Below are positions 1 through 12,900 of a stretch of DNA of 64,000 nucleotides, in pieces (the stretch's first letter is position 1; each line of letters opens with the position of its first letter). The notes below the pieces were generated by a model. That model did no database searches. It had not been told where the DNA came from and was given only the letters and a program-made list of their open reading frames with translations. The position numbers were made by a program, and so were the translations under genes. The stretch comes from Phyllobates terribilis (Eukaryota): assembly GCF_046119375.1 (NCBI RefSeq), contig NW_027362767.1, positions 137,702,001 through 137,766,000 of the forward strand, written 5' to 3'.

Positions 1-1830
1 CACATTATTTTACAATACCATCACATTATTTTACATCACCTCACATTATTATACATCACCTACATTATTATATATCACCTCACATTATTATATATCACCT
101 CACATTATTATACATTACCTCACATTATTATACATCACCTACATTATTATATATCACCTCACATTATTATACATCACCCACATTATTATACATCACCTAC
201 ATTATATATATCACCTCACATTATTATACATCACCTCACATTATTATAATCACCCACATTATTATATATCACCTCACATTATTATATATCACCTCACATT
301 ATTATACATCACCTCACATTATTATATATCACCCACATTATTATACATCACCTCACATATTATATATCACCCACATTATTACATCCACCCACATTATATA
401 TATCACCTTATTATACATCACCTCACATTATTATACATCACCTCACATTATTATAACAGCACCTCACATTATTATACAGCACCACATTATTATACAATCT
501 CACTTTATTATACATCACCTCACATGATTATACATCACCTCACATTATTATACAGTACCTCACATTATTATACAGCACCTCACATTATTATACATCACCT
601 CACATTATTATACATCACCCACATTATTGTACATCACCACATTATTGTACATCACCGACATTATTATATATCACCTCACATTATTATATATCACCTCACA
701 TTATTATACATCACCCACATTATTATACATCACTCACATTATTATACATCACCCACATTATTATATATCACCTCACATTATTATACATCACCCACATTAT
801 TATATATCACCTCACATTATTATACATCACCCACATTATTATACATCACCTCACATTATTATACATCACCCACATTATTATACATCACCCACATTATTAT
901 ATATCACCTCACATTATTATATATCACCTCACATTATTATACATCACCTCACATTATTATATATCACCCACATTATAATACATCACCTCACATTATTATA
1001 TATCACCCACATTATTATACATCACCCACATTATTATATATCACCTTATTATACATCACCTCACATTATTATACATCACCTCACATTATTATACATCACC
1101 TCACATTATTATACAGCACCTCACATTATTATACATCACCTCACATTATTATACATCACCTCACATTATTGTACATCACCACATTATTATATATCACCTC
1201 ACATTTATATATCACCTCAACATTATTATACATCACCCACATTATTATACATCACCTCACATTATTATACATCACCCACATTATTATACATCACCCACAT
1301 TATTATACATCACCCACATTATTATACATCACCCACATTATTATACATTACCTCACATTATTATATATCACCCACATTATTATACATCACCTCACATTAT
1401 TATATATCACCCACATTATTATACATCACCCACATTATTATATATCACCTTATTATACATCACCTCACATTATTATACATCACCTCACATTATTATACAT
1501 CACCCACATTATTATACATCACCCACATTATTATATATCACCTTATTATACATCACCTCACATTATTATATATCACCCACATTATTATACATCACCACAT
1601 TTTTATATATCACCTTATTATACATCACCTCACATTATTATACATCACCTCACATTATTATACAGCACCTCACATTATTATACATCACCTCACATTATTA
1701 TACATTACCTCACATTATTATACATCACCTACATTATTATACATCACCTCACATTATTATACATTACCTCTCATTATTATACAGCACCTCACATTATTGT
1801 ACATCACCCGCATTATTATACATCACCTCA
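1..1830. repeat. ~20-bp minisatellite (CACATTATTATACATCACCT)
   Basis: Direct reading; the array runs off the window start. Confidence 0.97.
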
Positions 1831-1835
1831 CATAC

Positions 1836-1892
1836 GTCACCTCCATGTTGTCCTCCTCTTCCTCTTCACTCCTCCTTCTCATTTTCCCGCTC
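1836..1892 (-). CDS. Orphan 57-nt exon of an unidentified minus-strand gene
   Basis: Acceptor ttcctccttacAG, purine-rich body reading SGKMRRRSEEEEEDNMEV in its only open frame, donor GTATGT. It is a unique island between two satellites. Confidence 0.4.
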
Positions 1893-2049
1893 CTGTAAGG
1901 AGGAATCTAAACACCATGCCTGATGGAGAGAGAAGCAGAGGTGTGGCCTGATGCAACCAATCAGATCCAAGCTCTCATAGTAAAACTGGATTTGGCCAGG
2001 TTGCCTGTAGTAACAGCTCTGCTTCTATTTGAGTTTAAAAACAAAGTAA

Positions 2050-2550
2050 ACTCACATCTGCAGTCCTATGTAACATGACAGATAACAGTGATAACGGAGT
2101 ACAGATAATGTAGTAGATGTTACCTGCAGTCCTATGTAACAGATAACATAGTGATAACTGAGTAGAGATAATGTGGTAAATGTCACCTGCAGTCCTATGT
2201 AACTCACAGATAACTGTGATAACTCTGAGAACAGATAATGTAGATGTCACCTGCAGTCCTATGTAACACCACAGATAACACAGTGATAACTGTCCGAGTA
2301 CAGATAATGTAGTAGATGTCACCTGCAGTCCTATGTAATACCACAGATAATAGCGATAACTCTCTCAGAACAGATAATGTAAGAGATGTCACTTACAGTC
2401 CTATGTAACATATAACTCTCTGAGTACGGATAATGTAATAGATGTCACCTGCAGTCCTATGTAGCACAACATAATAACAGTGATATCTGTCCTAGTACAG
2501 ATAATGTAGTAGATGTCTCCTGCAGTCCTATGTCCTATGTAACACCACTT
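2050..2550. repeat. ~60-70-bp satellite (CAGATAATGTAGTAGATGTCACCTGCAGTCCTATGTAAC...), resumes at 6276-6345
   Basis: Direct reading. Confidence 0.9.
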
Positions 2551-2554
2551 ATAA

Positions 2555-5500
2555 GGCCGTGTGCCCACGATGCGGTTTTTATGAATGTGCTTCCAGGACC
2601 TGTGGCGACGTCACTGATCACCTGATGGTCCCACGTCCATCAAGTGATCAATGACGTCACCAATCAGGTGATCAGTGCCGCAGCAATCAGCTGATGGTCA
2701 CGTGGACCATCAGCTGATTGCTAAAGCCAGTAATCAGCTGATCGTTCTCATGACCCATCAGCTGATGCTGAGAGTGCGAAGATTCACAAGAATTTTCCCA
2801 CGCTCTCTATCTCACCGGGCTCATCATCTGATCTTCAGCAGATGAACCCCAGTGACCCCTTGCAGCACTGTATACTGACAGAGGGTGATTTTACACCCCT
2901 ATCAGTATACAGTGCTGTATTCTACAGCTGTGACATCAGTGATGGCTGATGTCACAGCTGTAGAAAATGATCCGGATCCTCATGGGACCTTGGCGTTACG
3001 TGGATTACGTCGTTGACGGCGGACAGGTGAGTAATATTGTTGTTTTTTTACTTTTTTTTCAGGAGATCAAGGGCTTCGCAGAGGTGTGTAATAAAAAAAA
3101 AATTGTAGAACTGTGTCTGTTTTATTTCATTAAATTTCTTTATTCTGGCCGTGTCTTTTATTGAAAATACGCCGACTATTTTACTACGCGGTTATTAATG
3201 GGGGCGTCTTATAGACGCCCTCCATTACTAACCTGGGCTTCACATCAGCTGGCAATACAAAGCTGACGTGAACCCAACCCCATTACCCCCTGCCACCACT
3301 ACAGGGCAGTAGGAAGAGCGAGGCTAAGCGCCAGATTTGGCACATCTTATGGATGCGCCATTTCTGGGACAGCTGAGGGGTGATATTAATAGCCGAAGAG
3401 GGGGCTAGTATTCATGGCCCCTTCCGTGGCTATTAATATCAGCCCACAGCTGTCTAGTTTAGCCTTTGCTAGCTAGATTTTATAGGGGACCCCATGTCAA
3501 TTTTTTTCTGGGGTCCCCCTGTAATCTAGCCAGTAACGGCTAAACAAACAGCTGTGGGCTGATATTAATAGCCAGGGAACATTGTTGGCTAATAGCCCCT
3601 TCCGTGGCTACTAATATCAGCCCCCAGCGGTTGGCTTTCCCTCTGCTGGTTATAAAAATGACGCGGGAGCCCACGCCATTTTTTTTTTAATTTTAGGCTT
3701 TGTGCCCATAATTCAGATGTAGAGCCGCTTTGGACGCAAATTTTTGCTGCGTCCAAAACGATGCATTCTATTGAACGCAGGTAAATCCACATGTGTTCAC
3801 TGAACCATGTGGATTTACCGCATTCAATACTTTCTAGTGGTCAAATTTCTGTTGTGGTGACTAGCGACTCCACAAGAGAATTTGACATGCTGGGGTCCTG
3901 AAAGACGCACCACATGTCAGTGTCCGCGGGTGATTCACAGCCTTAGATGCACGCATAGCGGACATGGGATTTCTAGAGATCCCATCCACTATGCTGCAAC
4001 ACATGGACCCAGCTGGTTTGACGCTGTATGAACACGCAGCATCCAACTTGCAGCGGCTCCTGACCGTGGCCACGTACCCAAACTCACCCGCAGCATGTCA
4101 ATTTCTGTAGCAGACACGCTAGTCTCCGCTGCAGATTTTGACCGATTTAAGTGTCATTATATGCGATGGATTTACATGTACCGACAACAAAAGTGCAGCA
4201 TTATAACTCCGCGCTTTGGACGCAACATAAATACGTTGTGTCCAAAGCGCTGCTGAGTGCTGATCGGGGAGGGGGGATGTAGGGGCTAACGAACCAGCTG
4301 TGAGATGTTAATTATGCAATAAAATTTAACTTTTAATAATTACCATTAAGAGTATACTTAATAGTCCAAATGGGACAAAACATAACTAAACATATTAATA
4401 AAAACATCATATGGGGGAGGGATAGTAAGGGTAACAAATGTACAGTCAGGCTTACCCTATATAGCCCTTATGGGATGGATAACCCTACCTAACAGCAGAG
4501 TGTTTTCACCCTAACGATACGGATTGGTGTCCCCGCTCCACGGAGGCTGTCCCTCACCTGTCCCTAAATCTCCCTAAGCAGACACACAGATAGCATCATA
4601 CGTATTGACCAAAATCAAAATACAATCATGTCAAAATTGACATGCTGAATATCACACAGCATTTATGTTAGTGGGGGAAGAAATGCAAAAACAGAGGGAA
4701 ATATATCCCATAATTATTGTCAATGGGATCAAAACTAGCCCCCCAAAACTAGTATATATAAATGGGAGCCACACACAAATCACTCACAAGATCCCAAATA
4801 ATTAAACAGAAAAACAAACATTGGTCAAAGACAAAAAGGAAGGACTTATCTGGTCTCTAGTCCGTCTGAAGGTCCCAGCAGATGCCTTGGATGATAATTC
4901 TTTAAGCCCCTCAATAAATTGCTGTATAGTCCCACACAAAAATATAGATTCACAATTGTAGGGACTACATTAAAGGGACACTATTCGATGATAGGTTTAT
5001 ACCACTTTGAGGGATCAAGAAAGTGGGTGCCCGTTTTGATTGAAAATTCTTTGTGAACTCCACAATTGTGAGTCTATATTTTTGTGTGGGACTATACAGC
5101 AACTTATTGAGGGGCTTAAAGAATTATCATCCAAGGCATCTGCTGGGACCTTCAGACGGACTAGAGACCAGATAAGTCCATTCCTTTTTGTCTTTGACCA
5201 ATGTTTGTTTTTCTGTTTAATTATTTGGGATCTTGTGAGTGATTTGTGTGTGGCTCCCATTTATATATACTAGTTTTGGGGGGCTAGTTTTGATCCCATT
5301 GACAATAATTATGGGATATATTTCCCTCTGTTTTTGCATTTCTTCCCCCACTAACATAAATGCTGTGTGATATTCAGCATGTCAATTTTGACATGATTGT
5401 ATTTTGATTTTGGTCAATACGTATGATGCTATCTGTGTGTCTGCTTAGGGAGATTTAGGGACAGGTGAGGGACAGCCTCCGTGGAGCGGGGACACCAATC

Positions 5501-6272
5501 CGTATCGTTAGGGTGAAAACACTCCGCTGTTAGGTAGGGTTATCCATCCCATAAGGGCTATATAGGGTAAGCCTGACTGTACATTTGTTACCCTTACTAT
5601 CCCTCCCTCATATGTTTTTATTGATATGTTTAGTTATGTTTTGTCCCATTTGGACTATTAAGTATACTTTTAATGGTAATTATTACAAGTTAAATTTTAT
5701 TGGGTACTTCTTCTCTGCTTGGTTCACATAATATTGTATACCCACCTTTTTACCAACTTGGTTTGGCTTGTTTTTTTGGGGAGTTTTTCTAGATGTTAAT
5801 TATGGCCAGGGAAAATGTTTGTCTAGTGGCACATTGCCAGGCTAAAAAAACCAGCTCACAGCAGCCGCATAAATTACGTGAATAGAAATGCTAATGAAGA
5901 TTGGGTGAACGGGACTAGCTGACACCCAGCTCTTTTGTTTGGTGATGTCAAGGTGTCAATCAGACCTTTTCATGACCAAACAAAGTAAAGAAACACACAG
6001 ACACAGTGTAAACACTTTATTTGAAATACAACAGACCCATTCTTTAATCATTTAAATGAACTAATATACTCACCCCAGTTCTTATGGTAATCCAAGGGCT
6101 TAAGAAATGTCCCACCAACTTTATTTAGCTCCAAAAATCATTCATTGATGCTCAAAAACGCTTAAAAAAAAGCATGTAAAAAACGCATGTAAAAACCACT
6201 TCCTTTTTTTCTGTCAGAGATAAAAACGCTCAGGAAATTTCTGCTTCAAATCTGCATCGTGGGCACTTAGCC
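2555..6272. mobile_element. PIF/Harbinger-like non-autonomous element with nested inserts
   Basis: TAA|GGCCGTGTGCCCACGATGC at the left and GCATCGTGGGCACTTAGCC|TTA at the right. It interrupts a satellite that resumes at 6276. A related end occurs at 16537. The superfamily call rests on the TWA flanks only. Confidence 0.6.
4317..5790. mobile_element. Fold-back (inverted-repeat) insertion with a 14-bp TSD, retroelement-like
   Basis: Arms 4317-4959 and 5062-5702; direct repeat AGATGTTAATTATG at 4303-4316 and 5791-5804. Confidence 0.7.
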
Positions 6273-6404
6273 TTACAGTGATAACTCTCTGAGTACAGAT
6301 AATGTAGTATGTGTCACCTGCAGTCCTATGTAACACCACAGATTAAATAGAATATCTATTTATTCCTTTTACATGACCGCTAGCTGTATGTTGTTAGATT
6401 ATGC

Positions 6405-6640
6405 TAGTGTTGTCAGAATATGATGGAGTTGTCAGATGGTGCTGGGGTTATCAAATCGTGCAGGGTTTGTCAGATCGTGCTGGGTTTGTTAAGGCGTGGT
6501 GGAGTTGTCAGATGATGCTGGTGTTGTCAGGACGTGGTGGAGTTGTCAGATGGTGCTGGTATTGTCAAGGCATGGTGGAGTTGTCAGATCATGCTGGGGT
6601 TGTCAGATGGTGCTGGGGTTATCAGGACATGCTGTCAGCA
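6405..6640. repeat. Degenerate ~21-bp repeat (GTTGTCAGATGGTGCTGG..)
   Basis: Direct reading. Confidence 0.75.
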
Positions 6641-7636
6641 GTGGTTGTGGCACTCCCGAGGTGCGGGGCTGTGCAGGTGCTGCTGATGTGCGCTGTTTAC
6701 CAAGCAGCAGCAGGGAGGGAGGAGGGGGCACAGGTACAGGTTGTTCTGTACTGACAGGACGGGCAGGTCTGACTTCATTCCCTGGGCATTGTGGGTATTT
6801 TCCCTGAGTGTTTTTACCTAACACTGATGTTTCTGCAAGTTCAGGCCACTATATGGGGTGACGTACAGGGCTGGTTGTGGACTCGTCTCCCGCAGCACAC
6901 AGGTAATTTCTGGGGTGCCTGCGGTTATAGACAGATATCAGTATCATTTGAGTCCGTGCCGGGATTCTCCTTCAGTTTGGATATTACCGATGGAACATTA
7001 TTCGTAAGGTGGTGGTGTTCGGCAATGTATGGCAGTATTATTTATATATGACAGCATGGTTTAGATTTCAGTGACCCATTATTTCGCCACTCCTGTGACA
7101 GTTGGCTGCAGATTGATTAGGGTGAGAGCGCTGCGTTCCTGGACTTCTGGTTAAGCATTATATTATTAATCGGATGACCTGTCCCCTTTAACTGTGTCCC
7201 TTCCAGCTGTAGTAATGGCCGCCATGTCATATCCACCCTCCGTCGATATCTGTCTCTACCTTTAACAATGGGCAAAGTTCAAATTCCGTTTCTCAGATGC
7301 AAACAGTTTTGTGGCTTGGTAGCGCAGATCTGGTCGCCAGGCCTGGAGCCGTCATGCCACTGGCACTCAGGGGGTAGATGTCCTGGCCGGAGACATGTGA
7401 TCCTTCTCCGCTCTGGTGAGTTCTATATAATCTGTTACCTGGTCACCATGTTCCCTTATAACCTGACAGATCATTGCTCCAAGTTATATTTATAGACTGA
7501 CCATCTTGTATCCTAAGATGTACACACTCCTTTATGCTGTAATATATCATTATATGTGAGGAGAGGTGATGTCACTGCTGTAATATATCAATATATGTGA
7601 GGAGCGGTGATGTCACCGCTGTAATATATCATTATA

Positions 7637-9251
7637 CAGTGGGTACGGAAAGTATTCAGACCCCTTTAAATTTTTCACTCTTTGGTAAATTCTAAAAAGC
7701 TAATTTTTTTTCTCATTAAAGTACACTCTGCACCCCATCTTGACTGAAAACCCCCCAGAAAAGTAGACATTTTTGCAAATTTACTAAAAAAGAAAAACTG
7801 AAATATCACATGGTCATAAGTATTCAGACCCTTTGCTCAGACACTCATATTTAAGTCACATGCTGTCCATTTCCTTGTGATCCTCCATGAGATGGTTCTA
7901 CTCCTTCATTGGAGTTCAGCTGTGTTTAAATAAACTGATAGGACTTGATTTGGAAAGGCACACACCTGTATATATAAGACCTCACAGCTCACACTGCATG
8001 TCAGACCAAATGAGAATCATGAGCTCAAAGGAACTGCCCAAGGAGCTCAGAGACAGAACTGTGGCAAGGCACAGATCTGGCCAAGGTTACAAAAGAATTT
8101 CTGCATTACTCAAGGTTCCTAAGAGCACAGTGGCCTCCATAATCCTTAAATGGAAGAAGTTTGGGACCACCAGAAGTCTTCCTAGACCTGGCCGTCCAGC
8201 CAAACTGAGCAATCGTGGGGGAAGAGCCTTGGTGAGAGAGGTAAAGAAGAACCCCAAGATCACTGTGGCTGAGCACCAGAGATGCAGTAGGGAGATGGGA
8301 GAAAGTTCCACAAAGTCAACTATCACTGCAGCCCTCCACCAGTCGGACCTTTATGGCAGAGTGGGCAGACGGAAGCCTCTTCTCAGTGCAAGACATATGA
8401 AAGCCTGCATAGAGTTTGCTCAAAAACACATGAAGGACTCCCAGACTATGAGAAATAAGATTCTCTGGTCTGATGAGACAAAGATAGAACTTTTTGGTGA
8501 TAATTCTAAGCGGTATGTGTGGAGAAAACCAGCCACTGCTCATCACCTGCCCAATACAATCCCAACAGTGAAACATGGTGGTGGCAGCATCGTGCTATGG
8601 GGGTGTTTTTCAGCGGCAGGGACTGGACGACTGGTTGCAATTGAAGGAAACATGAATGCGGCCAAGTACAGAGATATCCTGGATGAAAACCTCTACCAGA
8701 GTGCTCTGGACTTCAGACTTGGCCGAAGGTTCACCTTCCAACAAGACAATGACCCTAAGCACACAGCTAAAACAACAAAGGAGTGGCTTCAGAACAACTC
8801 TGTGACCATTCTTGACTGGCCCAGCCAGAGCCCTGACCTAAACCCAATTGAGCATCTCTGGAGAGACCTGAAAATGGCTGTCCTCCAACGTTCACCATCC
8901 AACCTGACGGAACTGGAGAGAATCTGCAAGGAAGAATGGCAGATGATCCCCAAATCCAGGTGTGAAAAACTTGTTGCATCATTCCCAAGAAGACTCATGG
9001 CTGTACTAGCTCAAAAGGATGCTTCTACTCAATACGGAGCAAAGGGTCTGAATACTTATGACCATGTGATATTTCAGTTTTTCTTTTTTAATAAATTTGC
9101 AAAAATTTCTATATTTTTTTTTTTCAGTCAAGATGGGGTGCAGAGTGCACTTTAATGAGAAAAAAATGAACTTTTTAGAATTTACCAAATGACTTCAATG
9201 AAACAAAGAGTGAAAAATTTAAAGGGGTCTGAATACTTTCTGTACCCACTG
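7637..9251 (+). mobile_element. Tc1-family DNA transposon, full length
   Basis: TA-flanked TIRs CAGTGGGTACGGAAAGTATTCAGACCCC at both ends. Confidence 0.95.
8019..9155 (+). CDS. Tc1 transposase (DD34E), stop codon lost, C-terminal read-through
   Basis: [14 protein letters not shown] and [11 protein letters not shown] motifs are intact. The expected ...STxY* end reads on as STQYGAKGL... Confidence 0.85.
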   Translation: MSSKELPKELRDRTVARHRSGQGYKRISALLKVPKSTVASIILKWKKFGTTRSLPRPGRPAKLSNRGGRALVREVKKNPKITVAEHQRCSREMGESSTKSTITAALHQSDLYGRVGRRKPLLSARHMKACIEFAQKHMKDSQTMRNKILWSDETKIELFGDNSKRYVWRKPATAHHLPNTIPTVKHGGGSIVLWGCFSAAGTGRLVAIEGNMNAAKYRDILDENLYQSALDFRLGRRFTFQQDNDPKHTAKTTKEWLQNNSVTILDWPSQSPDLNPIEHLWRDLKMAVLQRSPSNLTELERICKEEWQMIPKSRCEKLVASFPRRLMAVLAQKDASTQYGAKGLNTYDHVIFQFFFFNKFAKISIFFFFSQDGVQSAL

Positions 9252-9925
9252 TAACTACACATAACTTGTGCTGGCTGCAGTAATTCTCGGGTTGTTGGGT
9301 AATATTCGGAGTTAGAAGTCGGGTTACATAATGAATAGATTGTGTGGTGATTGGATGTGCAGTAATTACTGAGCTGCTTACACTTAATTATGGATTTTTT
9401 GTTCTGTAAACACAGGCCATTCTTCCGGCTCTACCATCTACAGTAGTGTTCAGAATAATAGCAGTCCAATATGACTAACCAGATTAATCAATGTTTTTGG
9501 TATAAATTATATTACCACATGTCAAACAATTTACCAGTTGGTGCAGTAGATTCTAAGAAATCCACCAGACTCCGCATTCATGATCTGCATGTGTTTATGT
9601 TTTTGAGTATGTGTATTTGAATAATTAATTGTACGGGGTGTGTTCAATATAATAGCAGTGTGGAGTTCAATTAGTGAGGTCAATCATTCTGTGAAGAAAC
9701 AGCTGAGAATCAGGTGGCCCGTATTTAAGGGTGAAGCCAGCACATGTTGTACATGCATTTCTCCTTGAAAGCCTGAGAAATATGGGTCGCTGGAGACATT
9801 GTTCAGAAGAACAGCGTACTTTGATTAAAAAGTTGACTGGAGAGGGCAAAACTTATAAAGAAGTGCAGACAATGATAGGCTGTTCAGCTAAAATGATCTT
9901 CAATGCTTTAAATGGAAAGCAAAAC

Positions 9926-12900
9926 TGTAATGCACACGCCCGGACTGACTGGCGTGTGCGTGTTTATGTAGTGATTCCACTGTGCCATGAACCGGAGAGT
10001 GACTAAGTATCTGCCCGATCCGACCAAGGTCGCACGACGGCATACGACGCCAGTGCACCAGGGAGGAACCGAGCAGAGGAACCAGGGTCTACTCCAGGTC
10101 AGACTCCGGACACGGCTGTTGACCCACACCGGGGAATACAGAGACAGGCAGACTAGAGCGCAGGCTGGGTAGGGTCCAGTACAGACTGGGAGACAAATTC
10201 GAAACCGCAGACGCGGTGGACAGGGCCGAGCAAAGCGAAACCGCAGACGCGGTGGACAGGGCCGAGCAAAGCGAAACCGCAGACGCGGTGGACAGAGCTA
10301 AGCAAAGCGAAAACCGCAGACGCGGTGGACAGAGCAGAGCAAAGCAAAAACCGCAGACGCGGTGGACAGAGCTGAGCAAAGCGAAAACCGCAGACGCGGT
10401 GGACAGAGCTGAGCAAAGCGAAAACCGCAGACACAGTGGACAGAGCTGAGCAAAGCGAAAACCGCAGACGCGGTGGACAGAGCTGAGCAAAGCGAAAACC
10501 GCAGACGCGGTGGACAGAGCTGGGCAAAGCGAAAACCGCAGACGCGGTGGACAGAGCTGAGCAAAGCGAAAACCGCAGACGCGGTGGACAAGGCTCTGTT
10601 CACACAGAACAGACTAGAAGAGAAAGGCAGAACCAGATACCCACAGGGTACTTGCAGAGAAGTAGCGAGTGGACCACAAACTCACAAACGGAAGTACAGT
10701 GACAATGAGCAGGAGTTAGGTACGAGTACAGACTCTGCAGAAAAAGGAAAGGAACGAACATAGAGAAAAAACAGGTAAAAGATAGGAGAGACTTCAGACT
10801 GGAACTGAGTGTACGGAGGAGACCGACACTGCAGCGGGATACAGGAGCGGGTCTGGGAATACGGCCCCCAGAGAGGCGGGACGAACAGGCAAGGAGCGTG
10901 TTCAGACTGGCCTGGAAATACAGCCTCCAGGAAGGCGGAACGAACAGGCAAGGAACGAGTACAGACTGCAGGTTAAGGTACACAGATAGGATACAGTACA
11001 GACATGGAAACAGATACTGCAAGACTGGTAACATAGACAGGACCTGGCATGTCAGAGACAAAAGCCAACTGACAGGGAAAGATGCTCAGGCATCAGTTAA
11101 TTGGGGCAGCTGGTTTAAATACCAGGTGATAGACAGCAATAGGCTGAGGACGCACAAGGGGTGTGCCTGCAGCAGGTACAAAAAGCAGGAAGTGATCGGG
11201 CGCCGCCCTTAAGCAGCAGACACAGAAGCAAACAGACAGCATGGAGGGAAGCCAGAGAGACACCCTGGACTGGAGATCAAGTGCGCGCTCTTGCACAGTG
11301 GGAGATGGACCACTATGCAAGGACGCCGCCAGGTATGTTACAGTACCCCCCCCCTTACGCCCCCTCTTCTTCAGGCCTGCCAGAATGTTCCGCAGGGAAT
11401 TCGAGGGCCAATCCTTTACTTCAAGGAGATCACTTCCACTGTCCACTGGAGAAACTGGTCTCATCTGGGTAGCTAGGATGCTACCTCCTATCCAGCCATC
11501 CTCAGCAACAGACGAAACGGGTGGAGTACCAGGAACAGCACACAAGGAAGTCTCTCTCCACTTATTATCAGGTAGCACCTGGTCATCAGAGGGTTCAGGA
11601 GACAACTGGAAGTCCTCCGCCGGGTTGGAGGAGTGCAGAGACTCGGGGGTAACCTCTGCTTCGGGGTACATCTTGTCAAACTCACAGGATGAAATGGGCG
11701 AGGTATCAGGTACAAGGTGTAGAAAAGTCCCTGTTACCTTGTTATCTGGTGGTACCCAGGAGGATTCAGAAAACAACTGGGGGTCCTCCGCCGGGTCGGA
11801 ATAGTGCAGAGACTCGGGGGTAACCTCTGCTTCGGAGTACACTAGGTCGGACTCGCTGGATGAAGCGGGCGAGGTATCAGGTACCGAATATAGAAGAGTA
11901 CCTGTCCATTCGTTATCAGGTAGCACCCCGAAGGGTTCAAGAGACAACTGGAGGTCCTCCGCCTGGTCGGAGGGGTGTAGAGACTCGGTGGTAACCTCTG
12001 CTTCAGAGTACACTTGGTCGGACTTGCTGGATGAAGCGGGCGAGGTATCAGGTACTGAGTATAGGAGAGTACCTGTCCATTCGTTATCAGGTAGCACCCC
12101 GAAGGGTTCAGGAGACAACTGGAGCTCCTCCGCCTGGTCGGAGGGGTATAGAGACTCGGGGATAACCTCTGCTTCGGAGTACACTAGGTCGGACTCACTG
12201 GAAGAAGCGGCCGAGGTATCAAGTACCGAGTATAAGAGAGTCTCTGTCCATTCGCTATCAGGTAGCACCCCGAAGGGTTCAGGAGACTCCTGGAGGTCCT
12301 CCGCCTGGTCGGAGGGGTGTAGAGACTCGGGGATAACCTCTGCTTCGGAGTACACTAGGTCGGACTCACTGGACGAAGTGGGCGAGGTATCAGGTACAGA
12401 GTATAAGGAAGGCTCTGTCCATTCGCTACCAAGTAGCACCCCAAAGGGTTCTGGAGACAACTGGAGGTCCTCCGCCCAATCGGAGAGGTGTAGAGACTCG
12501 GGAGTAACCTCTGCTTCGGAGTACACTAGGTTGGACTCACTGGACGAAGCAAACGAGGTATCAGGTACCGAGTATAGGAGAGTCTCTGTCCATTCGCTAT
12601 TAGGTAGCACCCCGAAGGGTTCAGGAGACAACTGGAGGTCCTCCGCCTGGTCGGAGGGGTGTAGAGACTCGGGGATAACCTCTGCTTCGGAGTACACTAG
12701 GTCGGACTCACTGTACGAAGTATCAGGTACAGAGTATAGGGAAGGCTCTGTCCATTCGCTACCAGGTAGCAACCCGTAGGGCTCTGGAGACAACTGGAGG
12801 TCCTCCGCCTGGTCGGAGGGGTATAGAGACTCGGGATTAACTACCGCTTTGAGGTACCCATTGTCAGGCTCACAGGACGGAGCGGACGAAGTATCGGGTA

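Noticed and set aside
1836-1892. pcp4l1, the human neighbour of NR1I3
   Set aside because: There is only superficial EEEEE similarity; the IQ-motif sequence does not follow.
524-1951. 475-aa and 423-aa His/Tyr/Ile-rich ORFs
   Set aside because: They are translations of a stop-free 20-bp minisatellite, open in several frames.
11988-12779. 263-aa antisense ORF in the LTR element
   Set aside because: It is the mirror of the 171-bp in-frame repeat and has no independent signal.
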